Shown here: one piece after another, positions 15,674-23,790 of the stretch
Position numbering within the stretch: the stretch's first letter is position 1
Layout: each line of letters begins with the position of its first letter
NCBI GenBank assembly: GCA_002477275.1
Contig: DLOU01000020.1
Coordinates: 21,781 to 45,780, forward strand
Direction of reading: 5' to 3'
Length of the DNA: 24,000 bases
Origin: Bacillales bacterium UBA7476
GTDB taxonomy: Bacteria > Bacillota_I > Bacilli_A > RF39 > UBA660
Made by a program: the position numbers and the translations under genes
Notes under the pieces: model-generated
Seen by the model: the letters and a program-made list of their open reading frames with translations, nothing else
The model's database searches: none
What the model was told of the DNA's origin: nothing

Positions 15674-16981
15674 ATGTTTGAAAACTTAGGTGACAGATTA
15701 CAAAATGCAATACATAAAATAAAAGGTTATGGAAAAATTACCGAAGAAAACATTAGTGAGGTAATGAGGGAGATACGTCTTGCATTATTAGAAGCTGATG
15801 TTAACTATAAAGTTGTAAAAGAATTTACTAATACAGTAAAAGAAAAAGCACTAGGTGAAGAAGTAAAAAAGAGTATTAATCCTGGTGATATGTTCGTAAA
15901 AATTGTAAATGATGAATTAACAGAACTTCTTGGTGGAGAAAGTGCTCCTTTGAATTTATCTGGTAATCCAGCAGTACTTATGCTTGTTGGACTTCAGGGT
16001 AGTGGTAAAACTACTACAATTGGTAAACTTGCTAATTTTTTAAGAAAAAAACATGCTAAAAAACCATTATTAGTTGCTTGTGATGTTTATAGACCAGCAG
16101 CTATAGATCAGTTAAAACAAATTGGTAAACAACTTAATATAGAAGTTTATGAAGAAGGTAAAAATAATCCTGTTGAGATTAGTAAAAATGCAATTAAATA
16201 TGCAAAAGAAAATGGTTATGATTATGTTTTGATAGATACTGCTGGTAGACTTCATATTGATACTGAGTTAATGGAAGAGTTACAAAATATTTATAGTGAG
16301 ATTTTACCTAAAGAAGTATTACTTGTAATTGATTCTATGATGGGTCAAGATGCTATCAATGTTATTGAAGGATTTAATGAATCATTAAGTCTTACAGGTG
16401 TAATCCTTACAAAACTAGATGGAGACACAAGAGGTGGTGTTGCTCTTTCTGTTAGACATCTTACTAATGTACCAATTAAGTTTATTGGTGTTTCTGAAAA
16501 ATTAGATGGACTTGAGAATTTTGATCCTGAAAGGATGGCTGGAAGAATTCTTGGAATGGGTGATATTGTATCACTTGTTGAAAAGGCAGAAGAAGCTATA
16601 GATGAAAAGGAAGCAGAAAAAACTGTTAAGAGACTTCAAGCAGGTAAATTTGATTTAGAAGACTTTCTATCTACTATGAAACAGATGAAAAAATTAGGAC
16701 CTTTAGAATCTTTAATTAAGATGATACCTGGAGCTAAAAAAATGGGTCTTAATAATGTTAAAGTTGATCCTAAACAAATGGCTCATGTTGAAGCAATTGT
16801 TCTTTCTATGACACCAGAAGAAAGGCGTAATCCTGATATAATAAAAGCAAGTCGTAAAACAAGAATTGCTAAAGGATGTGGACTTTCTGTTCAAGAGGTA
16901 AATAAATTATTGACACAGTTTGAACAAATGAAAAAAATGATGAAACAAATGAAGAATGGCAATTTTAAAATGCCTTTTTAG
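15674..16981 (+). CDS. ffh: Signal recognition particle protein Ffh
   Basis: The ATG at 15674 gives the canonical MFENLGDRLQ. GLQGSGKTTTIGK, DTAGRLH, TKLDGDTRGG and a Met-rich M domain (MKQMKKLGPLESLIKMIPG...) are present. GGTGA acts as the SD. The track start at 15656 is unlikely. Confidence 0.97.
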   Translation: MFENLGDRLQNAIHKIKGYGKITEENISEVMREIRLALLEADVNYKVVKEFTNTVKEKALGEEVKKSINPGDMFVKIVNDELTELLGGESAPLNLSGNPAVLMLVGLQGSGKTTTIGKLANFLRKKHAKKPLLVACDVYRPAAIDQLKQIGKQLNIEVYEEGKNNPVEISKNAIKYAKENGYDYVLIDTAGRLHIDTELMEELQNIYSEILPKEVLLVIDSMMGQDAINVIEGFNESLSLTGVILTKLDGDTRGGVALSVRHLTNVPIKFIGVSEKLDGLENFDPERMAGRILGMGDIVSLVEKAEEAIDEKEAEKTVKRLQAGKFDLEDFLSTMKQMKKLGPLESLIKMIPGAKKMGLNNVKVDPKQMAHVEAIVLSMTPEERRNPDIIKASRKTRIAKGCGLSVQEVNKLLTQFEQMKKMMKQMKNGNFKMPF

Positions 16982-16990
16982 GAGAACTTT

Positions 16991-17497
16991 ATGGATGATA
17001 AAAAAATTGCATTTATATTTGGAAGTAGTAAGGAAAATTCCGAAGTTTATGAAGGAAACATAGAAGAAATTGGAGATATACGAGATGGATATTTTCATTC
17101 TACTTATTTATTAAATTTTTCAAAAGAAAAGTATCCAGAAACTACTGTGTTTAGGAAACTCTCAAATAGGCATAGTCCAGAAGCAATTTCATTCTTCTAT
17201 ACAAAATTATTTAATCATATTGTATTTCTAAATACTACTAAATATTTGGAAGATGGTAGAATGAGTAAACATGGAAAAACTGGTGTTTTCTTGTTACCAG
17301 AAAGTATTACTGAAAAACAAAAAGATGGATTATATAGTTTTTTAGATGAAATATCTGATTATCATATAACAATTGCTTATGATATAAGAATTGAGAACGG
17401 TATTGTTTTAGATAATGAAGTTTCTTCTGTATCTAGTGAAGAACCTAGAGAATTATTTGATAAATTTTTTAATATAAAGAAAACTAAAAGCTTATAA
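16991..17497 (+). CDS. Hypothetical protein (168 aa), coupled to ffh
   Basis: The ATG lies 6 nt after an AGGAG that overlaps the ffh TAG stop (TAGGAG). No motif recognised. Confidence 0.6.
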   Translation: MDDKKIAFIFGSSKENSEVYEGNIEEIGDIRDGYFHSTYLLNFSKEKYPETTVFRKLSNRHSPEAISFFYTKLFNHIVFLNTTKYLEDGRMSKHGKTGVFLLPESITEKQKDGLYSFLDEISDYHITIAYDIRIENGIVLDNEVSSVSSEEPRELFDKFFNIKKTKSL

Positions 17498-17518
17498 TAT
17501 ATTTATAGGCTTTTATAT

Positions 17519-17527
17519 TGTTATAAT
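17519..17527 (+). promoter_or_regulatory. Extended -10 promoter element upstream of the CotD-like gene
   Basis: TGTTATAAT has the TGnTATAAT form, about 45 nt upstream of the ATG. Confidence 0.4.
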
Positions 17528-17569
17528 TATATATTCTTTCATATAATAATTTAGATAGGAGGATATATA

Positions 17570-17905
17570 ATGTTTAATGATCAGAATTTAAGTAATGTTA
17601 TGGATTTTGATTCTAATGTTAGTGGAAGTAATAATTTTTCATATAATGATGTAGATTTTAATGTTAATCAAAATATGATGAATGATGGTATGATGATGAA
17701 TAATAGTATGCCATCTACTTGTGAACAACCACGTGAAAGATGTATTCACAGAACCTTTGTACATGAAGTACCACATGTTTGTCCTATAAAAACAAGAATA
17801 ATTAATCATCATGTATATCGTCATACTTATAGACCAGAATATTCTTGTTGTGAAGAAAATGTAGTAAGTAATGTTCAATGTGGTTCTTGTTGTGATTTTA
17901 ATTAA
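17570..17905 (+). CDS. CotD-family (inner spore coat protein D-like) Cys/His-rich small protein
   Basis: The SD is AGGAGG. RCIHRTFVHEVPHVCPIKTRIINHHVYRHTYRPEYSCC...CCDFN parallels B. subtilis CotD (CCEHHTFSKTIVPHIHPQHTTNVNHQHFQHVHYFPHTFS...CCDY, recalled from memory). The N-terminal half is N/M-rich and low-complexity. Confidence 0.65.
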   Translation: MFNDQNLSNVMDFDSNVSGSNNFSYNDVDFNVNQNMMNDGMMMNNSMPSTCEQPRERCIHRTFVHEVPHVCPIKTRIINHHVYRHTYRPEYSCCEENVVSNVQCGSCCDFN

Positions 17906-17926
17906 AGGTCTTTGACCTTTTTTTTG
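17904..17926 (+). terminator. Rho-independent terminator
   Basis: AAGGTC (17905-17910) pairs with GACCTT (17914-17919) around a TTT loop, followed by a T-run. Confidence 0.7.
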
Positions 17927-17990
17927 TAAAGTATTTTCCTTTTATTATCAATTTTTTCTATTTGATGATATACCTAAAATAGGTGATAAT

Positions 17991-18725
17991 ATGTATGATG
18001 ATTTAAGAGATATGAATGTTGGAATTATTTTTAGGAGGAATGCATCAGGAGATAGATATATTTTTTATTCTCCAGTTATTCTTTCTCCTTCAAAGAGTTT
18101 TCGTGGACAAAAATATTTTTCAGTTTCATATGGAGCTTTTCAGGATAGGAGTTTTTCTAGTGATCAAGTTCTTACTTTTGATAGTAAAAAAGTTCTTTCA
18201 ACGCTTCAGAGTAAGAAGGATACTCTTGGTTTAGATGGTAAAATTGGAGATAAAAAAGATTTAATAGTACTTCTTTTAAATGATGAACTTAGAGAGTATG
18301 TATATAATGAATTAAGAAAAGGTGGTAAAGAACCATCTCCGTCAGATTTTCTTGTTAGTTTATCTGGCTTTGCATATAATGTTGGTAATTCTATTGATTA
18401 TATTATGCCTGGAAAACTTAGATCATTTACATGCTTTACTAAAGAAACTTCTGAAGTAAAGAATTTTTCACATAAGGTTTCTGAGGATGAGTACCAATTT
18501 TTAAATAATAATGTTTTTTCAAATAAGAGACAAAAGAAGACTGAAGAAGCAAAGGCTGTTGCTAGTCAATCTTCAAATGTTAGGTATACAACTCCACCAT
18601 CAACTATTTCAAAAAAGAGTGCAACCCCGGCACGTAAAATTACAGTAGAAAAAAAGAAAAAAGAAAAGGAAGAAGAAAAAGGAAGAAGTAGTATTGGAAA
18701 AAGATTTAACAACAGAGAAAATTGA
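17991..18725 (+). CDS. Hypothetical protein with a K/E-rich C-terminus, possibly the N-terminal part of a frameshifted fusion with the next ORF
   Basis: The ATG follows AGGTGA. No motif recognised. The 3' end overlaps the next ORF in the +1 frame within an A-rich tract. Confidence 0.5.
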   Translation: MYDDLRDMNVGIIFRRNASGDRYIFYSPVILSPSKSFRGQKYFSVSYGAFQDRSFSSDQVLTFDSKKVLSTLQSKKDTLGLDGKIGDKKDLIVLLLNDELREYVYNELRKGGKEPSPSDFLVSLSGFAYNVGNSIDYIMPGKLRSFTCFTKETSEVKNFSHKVSEDEYQFLNNNVFSNKRQKKTEEAKAVASQSSNVRYTTPPSTISKKSATPARKITVEKKKKEKEEEKGRSSIGKRFNNREN

Positions 18726-19536
18726 TCCAAGAGAAATAAAAAAGGAACTTAAAAAGAAAATGAATTTACCTTTTATTGTGGCACCTGCTAATAGTTTTTC
18801 AACTGTTGGATATAAAGGAGCTGATATTACTGATGTATTAGTAAAACTACTTGATCAAGCACAGGGTGATTTAGAACTTGCTGAAAGAGGAGTAATTGCT
18901 TTTGATGAGTTTGATAAAATAGGTTATTCAGGAGATGATAAAGGTTTATCTATGAATCTTGGTATTCAACAAGAACTTCTTACTTTTATTGAGGGTGCAA
19001 CATATGATGTTGAATATAATGGAAAAACTTATGAATTTGATACATCTAAACTTACTATTGTTGCGATGGGAGCCTTTACTAATTTAAGGGAAAGAAAAAT
19101 AGCTGAGAATGAAAAGAAAAATAAACCTTCTTTAGGTTTTTCTGGCAATAGTGATGATGATTATGAAAGAGTGTATACTATTACAGAAGATGACTATATA
19201 GGTGAAGGATTAGGTAGAGAACTTGTTGGACGTTTTTCTTGTCTAGCATTCACTGAAGAGTTAGGTGTGGAAGATTTAGAAAGAATATTAAAAGAAAGTG
19301 AATCAAGTCCTTTAAAATCTTTAATTTTTGATGGTAAAATTAATGGCTGTGAAATAACTGTTAGTGATGAAGTTATTCATGAAATTGCTTTAAGGGCTTA
19401 TAAATCAAATGTTGGAGTTAGAGGATTAAATCGAATTTGTAAATCAATAAGAAATATTATTTCTAATGATTTAATTGATAAAGTTCCTGAAATTGTCATT
19501 ACAAGTGAACATTTAGATAAGATAAATAGTTTTTAA
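18694..19536 (+). CDS. ClpX-family AAA+ module lacking the Walker A P-loop and the zinc-binding domain
   Basis: It aligns by eye to E. coli ClpX from LDVPFTMADAT onward. Matches are NLPFIVAPANSFSTVGYKG (pore-loop GYVG becomes GYKG), Walker B GVIAFDEFDKI, GIQQELLTFIEG, DTSKLTIVAMGAF, ELVGRFSCLAFTEEL and GVRGLNRICKSI. There is no GPTGSGKT equivalent. The start is uncertain (TTG 18694 or ATG 18760). Confidence 0.6.
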   Translation: MEKDLTTEKIDPREIKKELKKKMNLPFIVAPANSFSTVGYKGADITDVLVKLLDQAQGDLELAERGVIAFDEFDKIGYSGDDKGLSMNLGIQQELLTFIEGATYDVEYNGKTYEFDTSKLTIVAMGAFTNLRERKIAENEKKNKPSLGFSGNSDDDYERVYTITEDDYIGEGLGRELVGRFSCLAFTEELGVEDLERILKESESSPLKSLIFDGKINGCEITVSDEVIHEIALRAYKSNVGVRGLNRICKSIRNIISNDLIDKVPEIVITSEHLDKINSF

Positions 19537-19567
19537 AATAGAACTTATCATGAAAGGACAATATGAT

Positions 19568-19924
19568 ATGATGAAATTTAAAAATGTCGAAACTTTAACA
19601 GCTAAAGAGAAAGTAACAAATATTAGTATTGAAATATTAAATGAATATCCTGAAATAGGTACAGATTTATCTATTGAAATAGCTGCCTTATGTGATTCTG
19701 TTGATGATGTAGTAGATGAAGATGTGATTTTTAAAAGATATTACTACATACTTTGGAAGTTAGGAAAAAATCATCCATTATTTGATAAAGTACTTAGTGA
19801 TATGAAAAATCTTTGTGCAGGTTCCTTAAAAGATGAAATTAATAAAAGTTTATATGAAGAAATAATTAAATATGATAATAATGAAATATCAAGTTTTCCT
19901 TCTATAAGTGATTATTATGGATAA
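19568..19924 (+). CDS. Hypothetical acidic protein (about 118 aa)
   Basis: The in-frame ATGs at 19568 and 19571 lie 9-12 nt after AAAGGA (19553-19558). The track start at 19550 has no SD. No motif recognised. Confidence 0.5.
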   Translation: MMKFKNVETLTAKEKVTNISIEILNEYPEIGTDLSIEIAALCDSVDDVVDEDVIFKRYYYILWKLGKNHPLFDKVLSDMKNLCAGSLKDEINKSLYEEIIKYDNNEISSFPSISDYYG

Positions 19925-19925
19925 A

Positions 19926-19952
19926 AAGAAAATGAAAATTTTCTTTTTTTTT
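19926..19952 (+). terminator. AT-rich rho-independent terminator
   Basis: AAGAAAAT (19926-19933) pairs with ATTTTCTT (19938-19945) around a GAAA loop, followed by a T-run. Confidence 0.45.
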
Positions 19953-20026
19953 AATCTTTTTTTAATCTTTGCTTAGTATTATTTAATTGTCAGATGGAAA
20001 TAGTCTGTTTTGAAAGGAGATATTAG

Positions 20027-20710
20027 ATGAATATTCAAAATACTTTTAGAAGAGTTGAACAGAAATATGTTCTGGATAAAAAACAATATAAAATAATTAA
20101 AGATAGTATTTCTGAACATTTTGACAAAGATAAGTTTCCAACTAGTAAAATTTACAATATATATTTTGATAATGATAATAATGACTTAATTATTAACTCA
20201 TTAGAAAAACCTGTATATAAAGAAAAGTTTAGAGTAAGAAAATATGGTGATAGTGGTGAAATATTTTTAGAAATGAAACAGAAGTATAAAAGTGTTGTTT
20301 ATAAGAGAAGGGTTATTTTAACTCAAGATGAATATGATGCTTATTTAGATGATGGTATTTTTCCTTCTCATGATAAACAAATTATGAGTGAGATTGATTA
20401 TTATATGAAGTATTATAATTTAAAGCCATTTATGGTTGTTGCTTATGATAGAGAAAGTTTTTTATCAAAGGATGATTCAGATTTTAGATTAACTTTTGAT
20501 CATAATTTAAGAAGTAGAGATAATAAATTAATTTTAGAAGATGATGAAAGCGATAAAATGTATTTTTCAGATGAAAAATGGATAATGGAATTAAAAAGTA
20601 CAAATAATTTACCATTATGGTTTATTGATATTTTATCAAAAAATAAAATATATCCTGTATCATTTTCGAAGATAGGTAATATATATAAAAAGGAAAGAGG
20701 TAATGTTTAA
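20027..20710 (+). CDS. VTC-domain (triphosphate-tunnel, polyphosphate-polymerase-like) protein
   Basis: FRRVEQKYVL at the N-terminus, IYNIYFDNDNNDL, EKFRVRKYG, FLEMKQKYKSVVYKRR and WIMELKS are alternating charged beta-strand motifs typical of CYTH/VTC tunnel proteins. The SD is AAAGGAGA. Confidence 0.8.
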   Translation: MNIQNTFRRVEQKYVLDKKQYKIIKDSISEHFDKDKFPTSKIYNIYFDNDNNDLIINSLEKPVYKEKFRVRKYGDSGEIFLEMKQKYKSVVYKRRVILTQDEYDAYLDDGIFPSHDKQIMSEIDYYMKYYNLKPFMVVAYDRESFLSKDDSDFRLTFDHNLRSRDNKLILEDDESDKMYFSDEKWIMELKSTNNLPLWFIDILSKNKIYPVSFSKIGNIYKKERGNV

Positions 20711-21375
20711 TGTTAAATAGTGTTTTATCAAGTAGTGGTTTAACATTGGGAAGTTTATTAATTTGTTCACTTGCATCAATTATTTTTGGATTAATAATAG
20801 CTTTAGTTCATATGAAAACTTCAAAATATACAAAGAATTTTTTAATAACTTTAATTATTTTACCAATACTTGTTCAAACTGTAATTTTTATGGTTAATGG
20901 TAATTTAGGAACTTCAATAGCAATAGTAGGAGCATTTAGTTTAGTTAGATTTAGATCTGTAGCTGGAACAAGTCGTGAAATTGTTAGTATTTTCTTTGCA
21001 ATGGCTATTGGTCTTGCTACTGGAATGGGTCAAATTGTTTTTGCAGCAATTATTACTGTTCTTGTCAGCTTAATTTTAGTAATATTAAGTATTTCAAAAT
21101 TTGGAGAAGGAAGTAATTCTACAAAGAAATTAAAAATAACTATTCCTGACAATGTAGATTATACCGAAGTGTTTGATGATATATTTGATAAATATCTTGA
21201 AAAATCAACTTTAGATAGTGTTAAAACTGTAAATTTAGGAAGTTTATTTGAACTTACTTATACTGTTAATCTAAAGAATAATGTTAATGAGAAAAAATTT
21301 GTTGATGATTTAAGATGTAGAAATGGAAATTTAAAAATAATTTTAACTCATCCAATAAATGATGGAGAATTATAA
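20710..21375 (+). CDS. DUF4956-like membrane protein
   Basis: It has 4 predicted TM segments and SLVRFRSVAGTSREIVSIFFAMAIGLATGMG, followed by a soluble C-terminal domain. Its start overlaps the VTC gene stop (TAATG). Confidence 0.75.
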   Translation: MLNSVLSSSGLTLGSLLICSLASIIFGLIIALVHMKTSKYTKNFLITLIILPILVQTVIFMVNGNLGTSIAIVGAFSLVRFRSVAGTSREIVSIFFAMAIGLATGMGQIVFAAIITVLVSLILVILSISKFGEGSNSTKKLKITIPDNVDYTEVFDDIFDKYLEKSTLDSVKTVNLGSLFELTYTVNLKNNVNEKKFVDDLRCRNGNLKIILTHPINDGEL

Positions 21376-21376
21376 T

Positions 21377-23077
21377 ATGAAGAAAAAACGAATAATAATT
21401 ATTTTATCAATTATTATAGTAGTTGCTTTATCTACTTGTTTGATATTCTATTTTAAAAATAAGAATAGTAAAAGTAGTAAAAATGATGTCTCAAGTATTG
21501 ATACTAATATTAAAGTAGATAATGGTGATGAAAAAATTGATTGGGATAGTATGAAAACTACTAAGGTTACTTTAAGTAAAAGTTTAAAAATTACAGAGGA
21601 AGGTGTATATATATTAACCGGTACTATAAGTAATGGTAGTATAACTGTTAATACAGATGGCAATGTAAAACTAGTTTTAAATGGTGTAAATATAACAAAT
21701 AATAGTGGTTCCGCAATATTAGTTGAGAATGCTAAAAATGTTGTTATTGAAACTAATGAAGGAACAACTAATAATTTAGAAGATGGATCTAATTATTCTG
21801 ATATTGAATATGATGGATGTATTTATTCTAAAGATGATTTAGTTTTACAAGGTAGTGGAACATTAAATGTTACAAGTAATTATTCTGATGCTATTGTATC
21901 AACTGATGATTTAAAAATTGTTAGTGGTACTTATAATATTAAGAGTCAAGATGATGGTATAAGAGGAAAAGATTCTGTATATATACTTGGTGGAACTATT
22001 AACATTGATAGTAATGCTGATGGTATTAAGTCTACAAATGATTCTGATTCTACAAAAGGATTTATTTATATAAAAAATGGTACTATTGTTATAAATAGTG
22101 TAGAAGATGCAATTCAGGCTCAAACTAAATTAATAATTGATGATGGTAATTTTGATATAACTACAAATGGTGGTAGTGGTCAAAGTGGATCGGCAGTTGA
22201 TAAATCCTTTGGAAGACAAACAACTTATGATGAAACAAGTGCTAAGGGTTTAAAAGCAGAAAGTAATTTAGTTATTAAAGGTGGTAACTTTAAGATAAAT
22301 AGTAAAGATGATGCTGTTCATTCTAATAATGATGTTGGTATTTCAAATGCTACAATGGAAATATCATCTGGTGATGATGGTATTCATGCTGATAGTAGTG
22401 TAATTATTGAAAGCGGAACAATAAATATTACTAAATCATATGAGGGAATAGAAGGTAAAAATATAACTGTTAATTCTGGTAATATTAGTTTAGTTTCAAG
22501 TGATGATGGATTTAATGTTAGTGGAGGTAATGATTCTTCAAGTATGAATGGAAGACCTGGACAAAATGGTGGTATGGATGCTGATTCTGGTGGAGTTTTA
22601 ACAATAAACGGTGGAACAATTTATGTTAGTGCCGATGGGGATGGACTTGATTCAAATGGTTCAATTACTATGACTGGAGGAATTGTTTATGTAGATGGAC
22701 CAACAAATAATGGTAATGGTGCTCTTGATTATAATGCAACATTCAATATTTCAGGAGGTAGTCTTATTGCAGTAGGAAGTAGTGGAATGGCACAAAGTAC
22801 TTCAACTTCTTCAAGTCAAATATCCATTCAATACTATTTAAGTGGTAATTATAGTGATAAGTTATCTATTGAAGATTCAAGTGGTAATGTTATTTTTGAA
22901 TATTCTCCTAAAAAATCATATCAAAATGTAGTTTATTCTTCAGGAGATTTAAAAGAAGGAGAAACGTATACTTTAAAAATAAATGGAAATAGTGTTGGAA
23001 CAGTTACAGCTAGTTCAATCGTTAATTCCAATGGAAGTGGAAATAATTATGGAATGCAAAGAGGAGGTAGAAGATAA
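21377..23077 (+). CDS. Secreted or anchored beta-helix repeat protein (carbohydrate-binding Cthe_2159-like)
   Basis: The ATG at 21377 follows GGAG (21364-21367), 1 nt after the upstream stop. There is an N-terminal signal/anchor (KKKRIIIILSIIIVVALSTC). Repeated units include DDGIRGKDSVYILGGTINI, DDAVHSNNDVGISNATMEI, DDGIHADSSVIIESGTINI and DGDGLDSNGSITMTGGIVYV. Confidence 0.7.
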   Translation: MKKKRIIIILSIIIVVALSTCLIFYFKNKNSKSSKNDVSSIDTNIKVDNGDEKIDWDSMKTTKVTLSKSLKITEEGVYILTGTISNGSITVNTDGNVKLVLNGVNITNNSGSAILVENAKNVVIETNEGTTNNLEDGSNYSDIEYDGCIYSKDDLVLQGSGTLNVTSNYSDAIVSTDDLKIVSGTYNIKSQDDGIRGKDSVYILGGTINIDSNADGIKSTNDSDSTKGFIYIKNGTIVINSVEDAIQAQTKLIIDDGNFDITTNGGSGQSGSAVDKSFGRQTTYDETSAKGLKAESNLVIKGGNFKINSKDDAVHSNNDVGISNATMEISSGDDGIHADSSVIIESGTINITKSYEGIEGKNITVNSGNISLVSSDDGFNVSGGNDSSSMNGRPGQNGGMDADSGGVLTINGGTIYVSADGDGLDSNGSITMTGGIVYVDGPTNNGNGALDYNATFNISGGSLIAVGSSGMAQSTSTSSSQISIQYYLSGNYSDKLSIEDSSGNVIFEYSPKKSYQNVVYSSGDLKEGETYTLKINGNSVGTVTASSIVNSNGSGNNYGMQRGGRR

Positions 23078-23099
23078 AGGCATAAAAATGCCTTTTTTT
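23076..23099 (+). terminator. Rho-independent terminator
   Basis: AAAGGCAT (23076-23083) pairs with ATGCCTTT (23088-23095) around an AAAA loop, followed by a T-run. Confidence 0.75.
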
Positions 23100-23194
23100 G
23101 TTTATATTAATAACGTGTAAAATGTGTAAATAATTATTTCTTTATTGTTATTATGCAGTATATTGTATGTTATATTTATGATAGAGGTGATTTT

Positions 23195-23677
23195 ATGACT
23201 TGCCCAAAATGTGGAAAAGAAAATACAAGTAATAGTTATTGTGTTTATTGTGGTTTTAGATTTGGAAGTTCAGTTGCTAAATATGTTCAATTTGATAATG
23301 CAGTACCTATTAATAAATCAAAAGAAAAAATAAGTCAAGCCGGATTAATACCTTTATTAGTTTCAATAGTAAATCTTGGTATTGTTCCTATTATAGTAAA
23401 ATTACTTGATAATTTATTGTTTTCATTTAGCTTTTTTGATTCTATTTCTGAAAAAATAGGTATTGATTCTTTTTATATTCCTTTTTCAATTATTGTCATA
23501 TATTTGATTTTTTCAGCAATTTTTTTCTTTAAGTCATATGGCACTTATTCAAAAAGGGGAGTAACTAAGTTAAGACAAATTATTCTTGTTTTATTATTTA
23601 TACTTGTTATTCTATTTATAGTATTTTATATTGCTCCTTTTGTTTGGAATTATATATCACAATATAATATTGTGTAA
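23195..23677 (+). CDS. Zinc-ribbon membrane protein
   Basis: The ATG at 23195 follows GAGGTGA. The N-terminus is CPKCGKEN...YCVYCG (CxxC...CxxC), followed by 3-4 hydrophobic TM segments. Confidence 0.7.
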   Translation: MTCPKCGKENTSNSYCVYCGFRFGSSVAKYVQFDNAVPINKSKEKISQAGLIPLLVSIVNLGIVPIIVKLLDNLLFSFSFFDSISEKIGIDSFYIPFSIIVIYLIFSAIFFFKSYGTYSKRGVTKLRQIILVLLFILVILFIVFYIAPFVWNYISQYNIV

Positions 23678-23740
23678 ATAACGTTGTTAATCTACTAAAA
23701 ATATTTTTGTAAATTAAAGTGTCTAATTTTGTCGATTTAC

Positions 23741-23769
23741 TTGAATGTGTGTAAATATTAATATACTAT
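23741..23769 (+). promoter_or_regulatory. Candidate promoter of rpoZ
   Basis: TTGAAT (23741-23746), a 17-nt spacer, then TACTAT (23764-23769). Confidence 0.4.
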
Positions 23770-23790
23770 TATTATAGGGAGTGTGATACC

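Noticed and set aside
17540-17548. CATATAATA upstream of the CotD-like gene, considered as a sigma-K type -10 (CATA---TA)
   Set aside because: No AC -35 element sits at the required 16-17 nt spacing, and the match is expected by chance in AT-rich DNA. It cannot be supported from sequence alone.
19953-20026. Short direct repeat (TAATCTTTTT / TAATCTTT) and a small hairpin (CAGAT-N7-GTCTG) upstream of the VTC operon, considered as a riboswitch or operator
   Set aside because: It is too short and AT-biased to distinguish from chance. No recognisable riboswitch core or palindromic operator is present.
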